In this document: piece after piece, positions 1-12,800 of the stretch | Numbering within the stretch: the first letter of the stretch is position 1 | How the letters are laid out: every line of letters starts with the position of its first letter | Source of the DNA: Eledone cirrhosa | Taxonomy: Eukaryota | Length of the DNA: 64,000 bases | Assembly: GCA_964016885.1 (NCBI GenBank) | Contig: OZ024756.1 | Span: 13,268,001-13,332,000 of the forward strand | Reading direction: 5' to 3' | Position numbers and translations under genes: made by a program | Notes under the pieces: model-generated | The model's input: the letters and a program-made list of their open reading frames with translations, nothing else | What the model was told of the DNA's origin: nothing | Databases searched by the model: none

Positions 1-179
1 CGACACCATTACTGTCACGTCGTCGGCGTAGGCCAACGCCGCTTTCCGCAGTCCCGGTTCCAGAGGGATGCCCTGCAATAGTTCCAGCTTCCGCAGTAGT
101 GGCTGGAGAGTCAGTACGTACAGAAGGGAGGAGAGAGGGCATCCCTGTCGAATGGATCGCGTGATATGGAACGGCTCGG
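1..179 (-). mobile_element. 5'-truncated Tx1/L1-clade LINE, RT fragment (runs off the window start)
   Basis: Reverse strand reads EPFHITRSIRQGCPLS...ALAYADDVTVMVS, homologous to ORF2 at ~11810-11980. The truncation point abuts the (GATA)n tract. Confidence 0.9.
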
Positions 180-196
180 TAGAGATAGATAGGTAA

Positions 197-228
<32 letters not shown>

Positions 229-251
229 GTAGATAGATAGGTAGATAGATA

Positions 252-351
252 TATTTCTTTATTAGCCACAAGGGCGCACAAGAAAAGGGACAAAACAAGG
301 ACACATGTCGGGGATTTTACATACAATCGTGTAAAATATTGAAACAAACAA
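252..351 (-). mobile_element. ~100-bp 3'-end-only copy of a Tx1-like LINE inside (GATA)n
   Basis: Reverse strand ends ...GCCCTTGTGGCTAATAAAGAAAT, matching the 3' termini at 13540-13566 and 18403-18425. (GATA)n lies on both sides. Confidence 0.75.
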
Positions 352-729
352 GATAGATAGATAGATACATAGATAGATAGATAGATAGAGAGAGAAAGAG
401 AACGATTGATAGATACAGACAGCCATACACACACACACGCTCACACACAAACACACACACATATATAAATGGGAGGCACAGACAGACATACATTCAGACA
501 GACAGACAAATATTCAGAATTAAATAAATTTGAAATGAAAAAAAAAAAAACTAAAATATATTCCAAATGTTATCTCAAAGAGAGGAAAGCAATTTAATAA
601 TATTTAAAAAGGTGGTGTGAGTGTGGGTGTAGGTGTGGAGATGGTGTTGGGGTGGGTGGGTTGTGTAATGTGTTGGGGGCGTGGAATGATAAATGGAATG
701 AGTTAATTGATTATGACGAGGAAGACTTT

Positions 730-880
730 GTTGATGATGATGATGATGGTGATGGTGATGATGATGATGATGATAGTGATGGTGATGATGATGATGATGA
801 TGGTGATGATGGGGATGATGATGATGATGATGATAATGATGATGATAATGATGGTGATGATGATGATGGTGGTGATGATG
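730..880. repeat. (GAT/GGT)n microsatellite
   Basis: Directly visible; it explains the poly-D/H/M ORFs. Confidence 0.95.
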
Positions 881-1059
881 AAGCGGAGGGAAGAAGAAGG
901 GGAAGAAATGAGGTTTATTTGTCAACATATTCTCTGGAAAGAAACAATGCAGTTATTAATTAGAAGAGTTGAAATGAATGCATGCAAGATTTCACAGCTC
1001 TAACATCACTCCTTTATACTCAGCCAATGAACTTTTCAGCTGACTTTCGTATATATCAC

Positions 1060-1995
1060 AAACAATCCTCCCTGTATAAAACTCCCCTCTCTCCCTGACA
1101 TCAGTGTTGTCCAAGGAAGACCAGCAATCCTCCGTGTATAACACTCTTCTATCTCCCCGACACCGATGTCGACCAAGACCAGCAATCCTCCGTGTATAAT
1201 ACTCTCCTCTTTCCCCGACACCAATGTCGACAAAGACCAGCAATCCTCCGTGTATAATACTCTCCTCTTTCCCCGGCACCAATGTCGACCAAGACCAGCA
1301 ATCCTCCGTGTACAACACTCTCCGCTTTCCCCGGCACCAATGTCGACCAAGACCAGCAATCCTCCGTGTATAACACTCTTCTCTCTCCCCGACACCAATG
1401 TCGACCAAGACCAGCAATCCTCCGTGTACAACACTCTCTGCTTTCCCCGGCACCAATGTCGACCAAGACCAGCAATCCTCCGTGTATAACACTCTTCTCT
1501 CTCCCCGACACCAATGTCGACCAAGACCAACAATCCTCCGTGTACAACACTCTCCGCTTTCCCCGGCACCAATGTCGACCAAGACCAGCAATCCTCCGTG
1601 TATAACACTCTTCTCTCTCCCCGACACCAATGTCGACCAAGACCAGCAATCCTCCGTGTACAACACTCTCCGCTTTCCCCGGCACCAATGTCGACCAAGA
1701 CCAGCAATCCTCCGTGTATAACACTCTTCTCTCTCCCCGACACCAATGTCGACCAAGACCAGCAATCCTCCGTGTATAACACCCTTCTCTCTCCCCGGCA
1801 CCAATGTCGACCGAGACCAGCAATCCTCCGTGTATAACACTCTTCTCTCTCCCCGGCACCAATGTCGACCAAGACCAGCAATCCTCTGTGTATAACACTC
1901 TTCTCTCTCCCTGATATCAACGTTGTCCAAGGAGAACCACCAGTTCTCTGTGTATAACACTCTCCTCTTTCCCCGGCATCGACGTTATCCAAGCT
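1060..1995. repeat. 58-bp minisatellite with an alternating 116-bp dimer
   Basis: Unit CCAAGACCAGCAATCCTCCGTGTATAACACTCTTCTCTCTCCCCGACACCAATGTCGA alternates with a GTACAACACTCTCCGCTTTCCCCGG variant. Successive ORF starts are 116 bp apart. Confidence 0.95.
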
Positions 1996-2054
1996 AGACC
2001 TGCAAAGGCCAAGGCTCATACTGCTTGGTACCAGTGTCGACTCAACAGTTTTCT

Positions 2055-3040
2055 CTTTCTAGCTGAGTGAACAGGAGCAATGTGAAATAAAGTGTCTTGC
2101 TCAAGGACACAGTGGACTGGAGCAATGTGAAATAAAGTGTCTTGCTCAAGGACACAGTGGACTGGAGCAATGTGAAATAAAGTGTCTTGCTCAAGGACAC
2201 AGTGGACTGGAGCAATGTGAAATAAAGTGTCTTGCTCAAGGACACAGTGGACTGGAGCAATGTGAAATAAAGTGTCTTGCTCAAGGACACAGTGGACTGG
2301 AGCAACGTGAAATAAAGTGTCTTGCTCAAGGATACAGTGGACTGGAGCAATGTGAAATAAAGTGTCTTGCTCAAGGACACAGTGGACTGGAGCAATGTGA
2401 AATAAAGTGTCTTGCTCAAGGACACAGTGGACTGGAGCAATGTGAAATAAAGTGTCTTGCTCAAGGACACAGTGGACTGGAGCAACGTGAAATAAAGTGT
2501 CTTGCTCAAGGACACAGTGGACTGGAGCAACGTGAAATAAAGTGTCTTGCTCAAGGATACAGTGGACTGGAGCAATGTGAAATAAAGTGTCTTGCTCAAG
2601 GACACAGTGGACTGGAGCAATGTGAAATAAAGTGTCTTGCTCAAGGACACAGTGGACTGGAGCAATGTGAAATAAAGTGTCTTGCTCAAGGACACAGTGG
2701 ACTGGAGCAACGTGAAATAAAGTGTCTTGCTCAAGGACACAGTGGACTGGAGCAATGTGAAATAAAGTGTCTTGCTCAAGGACACAGTGGACTGGAGCAA
2801 CGTGAAATAAAGTGTCTTGCTCAAGGACACAGTGGACTGGAGCAATGTGAAATAAAGTGTCTTGCTCAAGGATACAGTGGACTGGAGCAATGTGAAATAA
2901 AGTGTCTTGCTCAAGGACACAGTGGACTGGAGCAATGTGAAATAAAGTGTCTTGTTCAAAGAATTAACACACAGCCTGGTCCGGGAATCGAACTCAAGAC
3001 CTTAGGATCGTGAGTGAAACACTGTAACCTCTAAGCCACA
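2055..3040 (-). mobile_element. tRNA-derived CORE-type SINE whose central domain is expanded into a 45-bp tandem array (~2075-2957, ~20 units)
   Basis: Unit CTGGAGCAATGTGAAATAAAGTGTCTTGCTCAAGGACACAGTGGA matches the SINE body at 49615-49650. The tRNA head (GGGAATCGAACTC...CTCTAAGCCACA) resumes at 2960-3040. Confidence 0.85.
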
Positions 3041-3836
3041 TTACAAGACGCTAGACATTCAACGCTGTATTGTATCAAAGTGTGAGGTTAATCCACTAAT
3101 TTAATGGAAACGGAATTCCAATTTAATAGAAACATACATACATACATACACACGTACATACATACATACATACATACATACATACATACATACATACATA
3201 CATACATACATACATACACACACACATACATACATAGATACATACACACATACACACATACATACATACATACATACATACATACACACATACATACATA
3301 CACACATACATACATACATACATACATACATACATACATACATACATACATACATACATACATACATACATACACACATACATACATACATACATACATA
3401 CATACATACATACATACATACACACATACATACATACATACATACATACATACATACATACACACATACATACATAGATACATACACACATACACACATA
3501 CATACATACATACATACATACACACATACATACATACACACATACATACATACATACATACATAGATACATACATACATACATACATAGATACACACATA
3601 CATACATACATACATACATACATACATAGATACATACACATACACACATACATACACACATACACACATACATACATACATACACACATACATACATACA
3701 TACATACATACATACATACATACACACATACATACATACATACATACATAGATACATACATACATACATACACACATACACACATACATACATACATACA
3801 CACATACATACACACATACATACATACATACATACA

Positions 3837-4445
3837 TGGTGGCTGCCAACTCGTTTTCGAGTACGGCCACTACTTTATATCCATGTAGGAGAACCCCTAC
3901 CGATGCGCTGAACGAGTGTGACTTTTTAGTCCAGCCAGCGACTTGAAAACTCTGGTACAAACACTACACTTGTGACAATTACTGACACATAGTGCTGGGC
4001 CCATGGTACCATGTGACGACAAGTGCAGAGAGATCTCCAGATATAAAGCAATGCCTGTGCCGTGAAGCTTTTATAGTGAGCAAAGGCACTGCACAAAGCC
4101 AGTCCCACTCTCTTAACCAAGATGATATTTACCAAAAAGAAGAACAAGTCAACATCATTGGATACCATCAGGGTTGCAGGTGTTATATCAGAGTTTTCCT
4201 TCTCCTAGAATTCTGCCTTGACAAAGGCTAAGGGGTCATCTCTCCCGGTGATTTTGGATGGCCATTGACTCTTAAGAGCTCCTTTGCCCTTTGACAGGTT
4301 TTGTTTTTAGTCCTGCAGGATGTCCAAAGTCACCCTCCTCACCAAGAAACCTTGGTGGGGTTGCCAGTTTAGTCGCCAACGACCCGACCATGGGACAGGT
4401 TGTACTGGGATACATGTTACCAGTAGCACCAACTGGTGACCTGAC
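3837..4445 (-). mobile_element. ~610-bp non-autonomous, internally deleted RTE-like retroelement
   Basis: Carries the RTE 5'UTR-type motif CTAGGAGAAGGAAAACTCTGA, a terminal C2H2-coding segment (CSVCTRVFKSLAGLKSHTRSAHR*) and a (TATG)n tail. Near-identical copies lie at 6709-7159 and 25502-26112. Confidence 0.75.
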
Positions 4446-4680
4446 ATACATACATAGATACATACATACATACATACATACATACATACATACACACATA
4501 CATACATACATACATACATACATACATAGATACATACATACATACATACATACATACATACATACATACATGCATACATACATACATACATACATACACA
4601 CATACATACATACATACATACATACATACATACATACATACATACACACATACATACATACATAGATACATACATACATA

Positions 4681-4755
4681 TTTTCTTTTACAACCTTGCC
4701 ACCAGGAAGGTGGCCGGTCAAAAAAATATACTCGAAATTAAGAGAAAGAGAAAAC
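4681..4755 (+). mobile_element. 3'UTR-only copy of the R4-like element at 7173-7476 (second copy at 5302-5378)
   Basis: TTTTCTTTTACAACCTTGCCACCAGGAAGGTGGCCGGTC...CTCGAAATTAAGAGAAAG matches the reverse complement of 7175-7241. (TACA)n lies on both sides. Confidence 0.8.
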
Positions 4756-5861
4756 ATACATACATACATACATACACACATACATACATACATACATACA
4801 TAGATACATACACACATACATACATACACACATACATACATACATACATACATACATACATACACACATACATACATACATACATACATACATACATACA
4901 TACATACATACATACATACATACATACATACATACACACATACATACATACACACATACATACATACATACATACATACATACATAGATACATACATACA
5001 TACATACATAGATACACACATACATACATACATACATAGATACATACATACATACATACATACATACATACATACATACATACACACATACATACATACA
5101 CACATACATACATACATACATACACACATACATACACACATACATACATACATACATACATACATACATACATACATACATACACACATACATACATACA
5201 TACATAGATACATACATACATACATACATACATACATACATACATACATACATACATACATACATACACACATACATACATACATAGATACATACATACA
5301 TATTTTCTTTTACAACCTTGCCACCAGGAAGGTGGCCGGTCAAAAAAATATACTCGAAATTAAGAGAAAGAGAAAACATACATACATACATACATACACA
5401 CATACATACATACATACATACATACATAGATACATACACACATACATACATACATACATACACACATACATACATACATACATACATACATACATACATA
5501 CATACATACATACATACATACATACATACATACATACATACATACATACATACATACATACATGATACGCACATGAGAGTGTAGTGTGTATCTTTAAACC
5601 AATCAACAGCTATTAATTCTAGTCTCCCATTTCAGGAGAAACAGGAAATATCCAACAGTCATGGCTTCAAAAAGAAATTAAAAGACTTGTGCTTTCCTTC
5701 CATTTCCATTAAATTGGTGGGTTAACCTTACACTTTGATACAATACAACGTCGAATGTCTACCGTCTTGTAATGTGGCTTAGAGGTTACAGTGTTTCACT
5801 CACCATCTTAAGGTCTTGAGTTTGATTCCCGGATCGGACTGTGTGTTGTATCAAGTCGCTC

Positions 5862-6395
5862 TTCAGCGTTACTGGTAACATGTAACCCAGTACAACCTGT
5901 GCATGGTCGGGTCGTCGGCGACTAAACCGGCAACCCCCACCAAGCTTGTTTGGTGAAGAGGGTGATATTTGGACACCCTCCGGGATGAAAAGCAGGACCC
6001 GTCAAAAAGACGGAGGAACTTAAGAGAGTCAACGGCCATTCAATAAAGAATTTTTTTGTGGAGCGAGAGATTCCTAGTCTTCATTAAGACATCTCTCTAG
6101 GAGAAGGTCACTCTGATATAAAACCCGCGACTTCATTTGCATCCAATGATGTAGACCAGTTCTTCTTTTGGGGCAAACGCATTCTATGTTTAGAGAGTGG
6201 GACTGGTCCCGTGCAAAGCCTTTCTTCACTTAAAAAAGCTTCAAGCACAGGCATTACTTGATATGTGACATTTTTTGCGATGCGTGGTATTGCAGGCCAT
6301 AGGCAAGCCCCTAACAGGACTGAAAAACCACGCCCGGGATGCCCATGCTTAACTATGAAGCGATGGCATTACTCGAAATCGAGTTGCAGCCATCA
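5862..6395 (+). mobile_element. Diverged relative of the ~600-bp RTE-derived element
   Basis: Shares ACTGGTAACATGTA-CCCAGTACAACCTG...GGTCGGGTCGTCGGCGACTAAACCGGCAACCCC, CTAGGAGAAGG-CACTCTGATAT and the 3' end ACTCGAAATCGAGTTGCAGCCA(TATG)n. Confidence 0.7.
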
Positions 6396-6634
6396 TTTAT
6401 GTATGTATGTTCTTCTGGTTTTATAATTTTATAAATGTTTACCAATAGAGAGAGAGAGTCGGTTTCTAACATAGACACAAGACTCTCTCATTGGAATTTA
6501 AACAACAACTAGGTAGATATGTATGCTTGCGTGTGTGTGTAGGTATGGATGTTATTGTATGTGTGGATGTGTATGTTTTGAGTTATATGTGTGCATGTGC
6601 ATATGATTTGTATCTGTACATGTGTACATGCAGT

Positions 6635-6666
<32 letters not shown>

Positions 6667-6708
6667 TGTATGTATGTATGTATGTATGTATGTATTTTAA
6701 AAAAAAAA

Positions 6709-7159
6709 GGCAAAGGGGCTCTTAAGAGTCAATAGCCATCCAAAATCACCGGGAGAGATGACCCCTTAGCCTTTGTCAAGGCAGAATTCTAGGAGAAGGA
6801 AAACTCTGATATAACACCTGCAACCCTGATGGTATCCAATGATGTTGAATTGTTCTTCTTTTTGGTAAATATCATCTTGGTTAAGAGAGTGGGACTGGCT
6901 TTGTGCAGTGCCTTTGCTCACTATAAAGCTTCACGGCACAGGCATTGCTTTGTATCTGGAGATCTTTCTGCACTTGTCGTCACATGGTACCATGGGCCCA
7001 GCACTATGTGTCAATAATTGTCACAAGTGTAGTGTTTGTACCAGAGTTTTCAAGTCGCTGGCTGGACTAAAAAGTCACACTCGTTCAGCGCATCGGTAGG
7101 AGTTCTCCTACATGGATATAAAGTAGTGGCCGTACTCGAAAACGAGTTGGCAGCCACCA
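6709..7159 (+). mobile_element. 5'-truncated copy of the ~600-bp RTE-derived element
   Basis: Reverse complement of 3837-4295 with few substitutions; the C2H2-coding segment is at ~7028-7099. Confidence 0.8.
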
Positions 7160-7172
7160 TGTATGTATGTAT

Positions 7173-7476
7173 GTCTTTCTCTTAATTTCGAGTACATATT
7201 TGACTGGCCACCTTCCTGGTGGTAAGGTTGTAAAAGAAAAGAAATTGTCATCCCTTGAATCGCAAGAATGTTTTGCAAATTTTGAACGTGTCAGCTATTG
7301 CAGCCATTTGTAGTCTATGAATTAGGGAGCTGCGTTCTTTGTCCACAAATCCAAGTTCAGTTATATGTTGGTCCAAGCGGGTTGGTATATAACCTGTAGC
7401 TCCAATAATGATGGGTATGAAGCTGAAAGTGTATCTCGGATACTGGATCTGCAAACTCATCATCAATGGCCCGTAG
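7173..7476 (-). mobile_element. 5'-truncated R4-clade-like non-LTR element (RLE C-terminus + 3'UTR) in (TACA)n
   Basis: YPRYTFSFIPIIIGATGYIP...LQMAAIADTFKICKTFL* resembles the P-I-[VI]-I-G-A-x-G...LQ tail of restriction-like endonuclease domains. (TATG)n lies on both flanks. Confidence 0.75.
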
Positions 7477-8056
7477 ATGTATGTATGTATGTATGTATGT
7501 ATGTATGTATGTATGTATGTATGTATGTATGTATGTATGTATGTATGTTCTTCTGGTTTTATAATTTCACAAATTTTTACCAATAGAGAGAGAGTCGGTT
7601 TCTAACATAGACACAACACTTTCTCATTGGAATTTACACAACATCAACTAGGTAGATTATGTCTGCATGCCTGCATGCATGCATGTGTGTGCAGGTATGG
7701 ATGTTATTGTATGTGTGGATGTGGATGTTTTGAGTTGTATGTGTGCATGTGTATATGCTTTGTATCTGTACGTGTGTATATGCAGTTATTAGATGCAAAA
7801 TGAATGTATGTATGTATGTATGTATTTATCTATCTATCTATCTATCTATTTTGATAGAGTAAGACACGCTTCACATCGGCTCCGCTATTCCATCCGGATT
7901 TACCCTTACTATAGTAAGTACCGGATAAATTTTTCAGTGCAACACATTTGGAACACTAACCCCTGTTATTTAGGGAAACATTTTTGCATTTACCCCCTTT
8001 TTAGGGGGTAAAATAAATATCTATTTTTTTGCCGAAAAATTTCTTTCTTGGCAGCA

Positions 8057-9888
8057 TGGCGGAAAAGATGGCAGACATGTCTGCCATTAGCTCTGCCACG
8101 CCCCCCAAGTCTGAAGAACAAAAAATAATTACAACAAAATTAGACAACGAAACAAACAAGGAAAATGAAAAAACAAATGTTAAGGAAAATGAGCAAACGG
8201 AAAACAAACAAACAGAAAATAATACAAATAACACAGGGCAACTTTCGCCCAGAAAACAAAACAATCCATAACATACACACCAATTGACTTAACTGCCGCC
8301 AGAGAAAAACTAGCCGAAGCGAAAAAACAAATAGTCTTGGGGGAGAACGGAATGTTTTCCATTAACTCCCCCCCAGAATTCAAGAAAGCCAGAACAGAGA
8401 GCACAGTTCTCTTCAGAACTATACTGAACCAAACAAGAAAGCCAGCACAGCCCAGCCAAATGAAAATAGAGTTGGTCCTAAAAGACTATATGAAGAATAT
8501 TCTCTTCATACGAAAGGACCGACTCTATGGCAGCATTTCGGTCTTAACAAAAGACAAGGAAACGGCGGAGAAGCTTTCCCTAAGCCCACTCTCATCGACA
8601 ACATACAGCTTCTATCCCTCCTACATGGGTAGAAGAACACAGAGAGTAAAAGTAAAAACAATGCTGCCCACAATGGACTTCTGGTGGGCTATTGCTGGCT
8701 TCATAGACATGGGCGAAGACACAATGCTGTCAATGGGGAAGGCAACTGGAGATGCGTTCCTGGGAATGGGCCTCGACATACTAGTCCAAATGAGGCCCGA
8801 AAGAATAGCACAAATCCCGGATCGCATCTGGCTGGATGACCTTACCCCAATAGATATAATTGTAGAGGGGAGAAGACCAGCATGCTATTTATGCATGGAA
8901 AGGGGACACGTTAAGGCTAACTGCCCGAAACGTATCCCCCAAAAAGGACTATTGCCCACACCCACCACAAACAGTACACCAACACCACCCACCTCCAAAA
9001 ATACACTAATACCACACACAGCAAACAAAATACAGACACCACCAACCACAAACATCACCACCACCAGCACCAAACACAAGCACGACACAAAAATCACCAC
9101 CACCAACCACAACACAAACATCACCACCACCATCACCAACCACAAGCACGACACAAACATTACCACCACCACCACCACCACAAAACCCATTCCAAACAAA
9201 TAATAAAAAAAAACAGTAACAAATCTACCCCTCCCGCAAAAAAAAAACAACCACAAACACGTCCCTCCCACCTAGCGCTGAAGAGTTTCCCCCAACTTCT
9301 GAAGAAGAAGGAGGAGAAGCCTTCAGACAAGTTAAAAGAAAAAAAAGAAAACACACACCCAGCACACCACAAATAACCCACACACAAACACCAACTCCAA
9401 TCAAAAACACCCCACCCTCAACAAACAAAAATAAATCTGCGCCTCCCCTCTCCGAAACATTGACAGCATCACAAAAAAAGACGTTGCAATACACATATAT
9501 AAATAAAGAAAACAAAAAACTGGTTAAATTAATAAACAATAACCCTATGGTGCAGACCGAAGGGCCAAACTTTATCTCAACAGAGAACTTCACCCATTTA
9601 AAAATGATAAAGGTCCCTCTGGACCTTTATCGTTCCTTAAAAGAACAATTTAGACGGGACGTGAGCCCCCCCCCCCCCTGTTTAAAACCGTTAAATCGCG
9701 TCCTCTTGAAAGATTTCCCCATAACCGCCCCTCTCCCTGACACAACTCCAAATACCCCAACCCCACCACACACGGGTACCCCCACACCACCACAAAACAT
9801 CCCTCCACCCAACACACCTGATGCCATGGAAATTACACAACCCGGAGAGGTAGGTGCTTTTCTTTCTTCACTTTCAACACCAAAATAG
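8057..9888 (+). pseudogene. LINE ORF1 (gag-like, zinc knuckle), broken by frameshifts in A-rich stretches
   Basis: Pieces at 8029-8271, 8337-9203 (CYLCMERGHVKANC = CX2CX4HX4C) and 9460-9888 lie collinearly upstream of ORF2. The start at 8057 is inferred. Confidence 0.75.
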
Positions 9889-9893
9889 ATCAA

Positions 9894-12800
9894 TTGAGAG
9901 TTGGCTGTTTGAACGCGCGTGGCCTGGGCTCAGCTTGGAAGCAAGCAAAGCTTCTAAATGACCTCAGGTCACAAAGTATAGATGTGATGGTTGTTTGCGA
10001 GAGTCGGATCAGCAGCGTGAGACAGCTGGCGCCCGCCTTCGATGACTTTGAGATGCACGCATCTCTCTGTCAACCCGGAGGCGGGGGAGGGGGAGTTGCC
10101 GTACTGCTGGATAAACGTCTGGCTCTCGACGTACAGATTGTTCACTCGGACCCGGGGGGGGGGGGGGGGGGTCGATTACTGGTGCTGGACGTCGGAGGCG
10201 GTGAAGGCGGGGCTTTCAGACTGGTCGGTCTTTATGCCCCCTTCGGGGCGGAAAGAGCCGACTTCTTCCAGCGTCTGGAGACTTTTCTAGGAACGTCGCG
10301 TTCCCTGCTTTTAGTGGGGGACTGGAATGGAATCCTAGATGCGCGTTGGGACTATGCAGGGGCATGTCCCGATAGAGGGGGGTGTAGCAGCCTCAAGGGG
10401 TTACTCGATCGATTCGACCTGGTCGATAGATTTCGACTAGATTGTCCAACTGCGCCAACCTGGACCTGGGCAAACCGCAGTGGACAATCTAGATCGTACC
10501 TAGATAGGTTTTTGGTTAGGAGTAAGGATAGGGACGTATTTAGTTGTCCAGAACTGATCATGGTTGGCTATTCAGATCACAAATTAGTGACCTGCGTGGT
10601 CAACCTTGATAGAACGCATAGACAGGGTCCCGGTTACTGGAAGATGAACTTGTCCTTGCCGGCAAAGAAAGATTACAGGAACCGGATTAGTAGCTTAGTT
10701 AAGATGCGGTTGACGGGAGCGATCGTCAACAGTAGGTGGTGGATATCTCTAAAGAGAGAGATTAGAGTAAGTTCGATAGGTTACAGTAAGGAACTAGCGG
10801 CGAATAGAAATAGGAGGGAAAGGGAGTTAACAGATAAACTAGAAGAGGCGATTAGGAGCGGAGACGTAGCCAGAGTGTTAGCGACGAGAACGGCATTGAG
10901 CCAGTTCTTTGACGCGAAGCACGAAGGCTGCGTTGTCCGAAGTAAAATACGTGCTTTAGGAAACGAGGGGACCAAAGCTGTTAGCTGGGCCCGCGTGACA
11001 GAAGCCAAGAGTGGGATTAAATCCACCATTCGGTCTTTGCGAGACCAGGATGGACGGGTGATCCTTGAACCTGAGCGGATGTGCGAGGCCTTTCAAAGGC
11101 ACTTTGTTCGACTGTTCGGAGGGGGCGGGGGGCCGGACGGGGATGTGGACTTCGGTCCATACCTCGACGGTCTACCGCGTCTTTCGAGGGGCGAAGCGGA
11201 GTGCTGCGAAAGGCCAATCACAGCCACTGAAATCGGGGAAGCGCTCAGCCAATGCAGCAGACGCAAATCTCCGGGTCTCGATGGTCTACCATACGAACTT
11301 TATTTAGCTATGCCGGTCTTGTTCTCCGAACTCCTCGAGGCTGTCTATTGCAACTGGCAACAGAACGGGAGAATTCCCTGTTCTGTGACCAAGGGCGTAG
11401 TCACGCTAGTGAGGAAGGACGAGAGCAAAGGGGACGACTTAAGTAACTTTAGGCCCATAACTCTGCTAAATACAGAGTTACAGATTTTGGCCAAGGTGTT
11501 GGCGAAGAGGTTGGCGCTTGTGGTGGGTGGTTTGGTGGGAGACGCGCAGACATGCGCTATCCCGTCCAGGTCCATTCACGACAACCTCCACCTCATGCGA
11601 TACATCGTAGGGAGGGTTGGCAACGAACCCGGCTTTGGTGGGGCCCTGATCAACTTGGATCAATCTAAGGCGTTCGATAGGGTCGACCATGGTTACCTGG
11701 ATGCGGTGCTAGCGGCGGCGGGCTTCGGACCCGTTTTCAGGGGCTGGATTTCTGCCATGCACAGTGGCAACATCTACTCTAGGATTAAAGTAAACGGCTA
11801 CCTCTCGGAGCCGTTTCAAATCACCCGGTCCATCAGACAGGGGTGCCCCCTCTCCTCTCTTCTGTACGTATTGACTCTCGAGCCACTGATGCGGAAGTTG
11901 GAGTTGCTGCGGGGCATACCCCTGGAACCGGGATTGCACAAAGCGGTCTCGGCCTATGCCGACGACGTAACAGTAATGGTGGCGGACGCCTCGGAAATCG
12001 GGGTGATCGCCACCCTACTGGAGGAATACGAAAGGCTGACGGGGGCTAGGCTGAACCAGGACAAGTCAGTCGGTTTGCAACTCGGAACGTGGAGGGGCAA
12101 ACCGATGCCGTTAGACGGTGTCGTCGGGCGGTGGACGGAGGGCCCGGTGAAGCTGCTCGGGGTCTGGTTCGGACCGGACCTCCAGGTGGAGAAGAATTGG
12201 GGCGAGGTGACGAGCAGGGTGTTTGCGCTGACCCAGAAGTGGGCCAAGTGCAAACTATCACTGAAAGGTCGGGCGGAGGTGACGAACGCTTACATAGCGT
12301 CCGTCATCTACTACCGCCTGACCGTCGTGCCTTGCCCCAAGGAAAATCTCACCATCATGGAACGCATGCTCTTCCAGTTCCTCTGGAAGAAGCGGCCTCC
12401 CATGGTGAGGAGATCCATCTGCTGCCAGCACCCTTCGAAAGGAGGGCTGGGTATGCCGTGGCTGTTGATGCGTAGGCACGCATTGAGGCTACGGCATCTA
12501 CAGGTATTCCTCAACGGTCAGCCGGTGTGGGCCCCGTTTGTGAGGCGAGCCTTCCCACAGCTCGTCTCGCTCACCGAACTGCAATCCTGGGTGAAGCAAA
12601 GACCGAGAAAACTGGGCAACTGGCACACCGAGTGTGCCCAGGCGCTCACGGCTATCTGGCAAGCGGACCCGACTATCAGTGGAGAATCCACCTCGACATT
12701 CTATAGAGGGTTGGTGGCTAGCAAGGGCGACGACACCCTTGGAGAGTCGCTAGGCATGGAGGAGGACGAACTGGCCAGCCTGTTCGGTAGAACTTTCGGC

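Larger units (their letters stand above)
3132..5565. repeat. Large (TACA)n/(CATA)n tetranucleotide field interrupted by retroelement pieces
   Basis: Directly visible; source of the MYVC/HTYI ORFs. Confidence 0.95.

Noticed and set aside
2075-2957. CRISPR-like regular repeats (also 35720-37525, 41895-43105, 60645-61078)
   Set aside because: Units are head-to-tail with no unique spacers, there are no cas genes, and the context is eukaryotic.
992-2959. Long ORFs (305-327 aa) with repeated peptides
   Set aside because: They are translations of the 58-bp and 45-bp tandem arrays. The 58-bp array is open in all three minus frames, and neither shows domain similarity.
3088-5606. Cys/Tyr/Met-rich and His/Thr-rich ORFs
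   Set aside because: They are (TACA)n microsatellite translations.
7028-7099. C2H2 zinc-finger host gene
   Set aside because: It is a single finger inside a repeated retroelement derivative (RTE C-terminus), not a ZNF gene.
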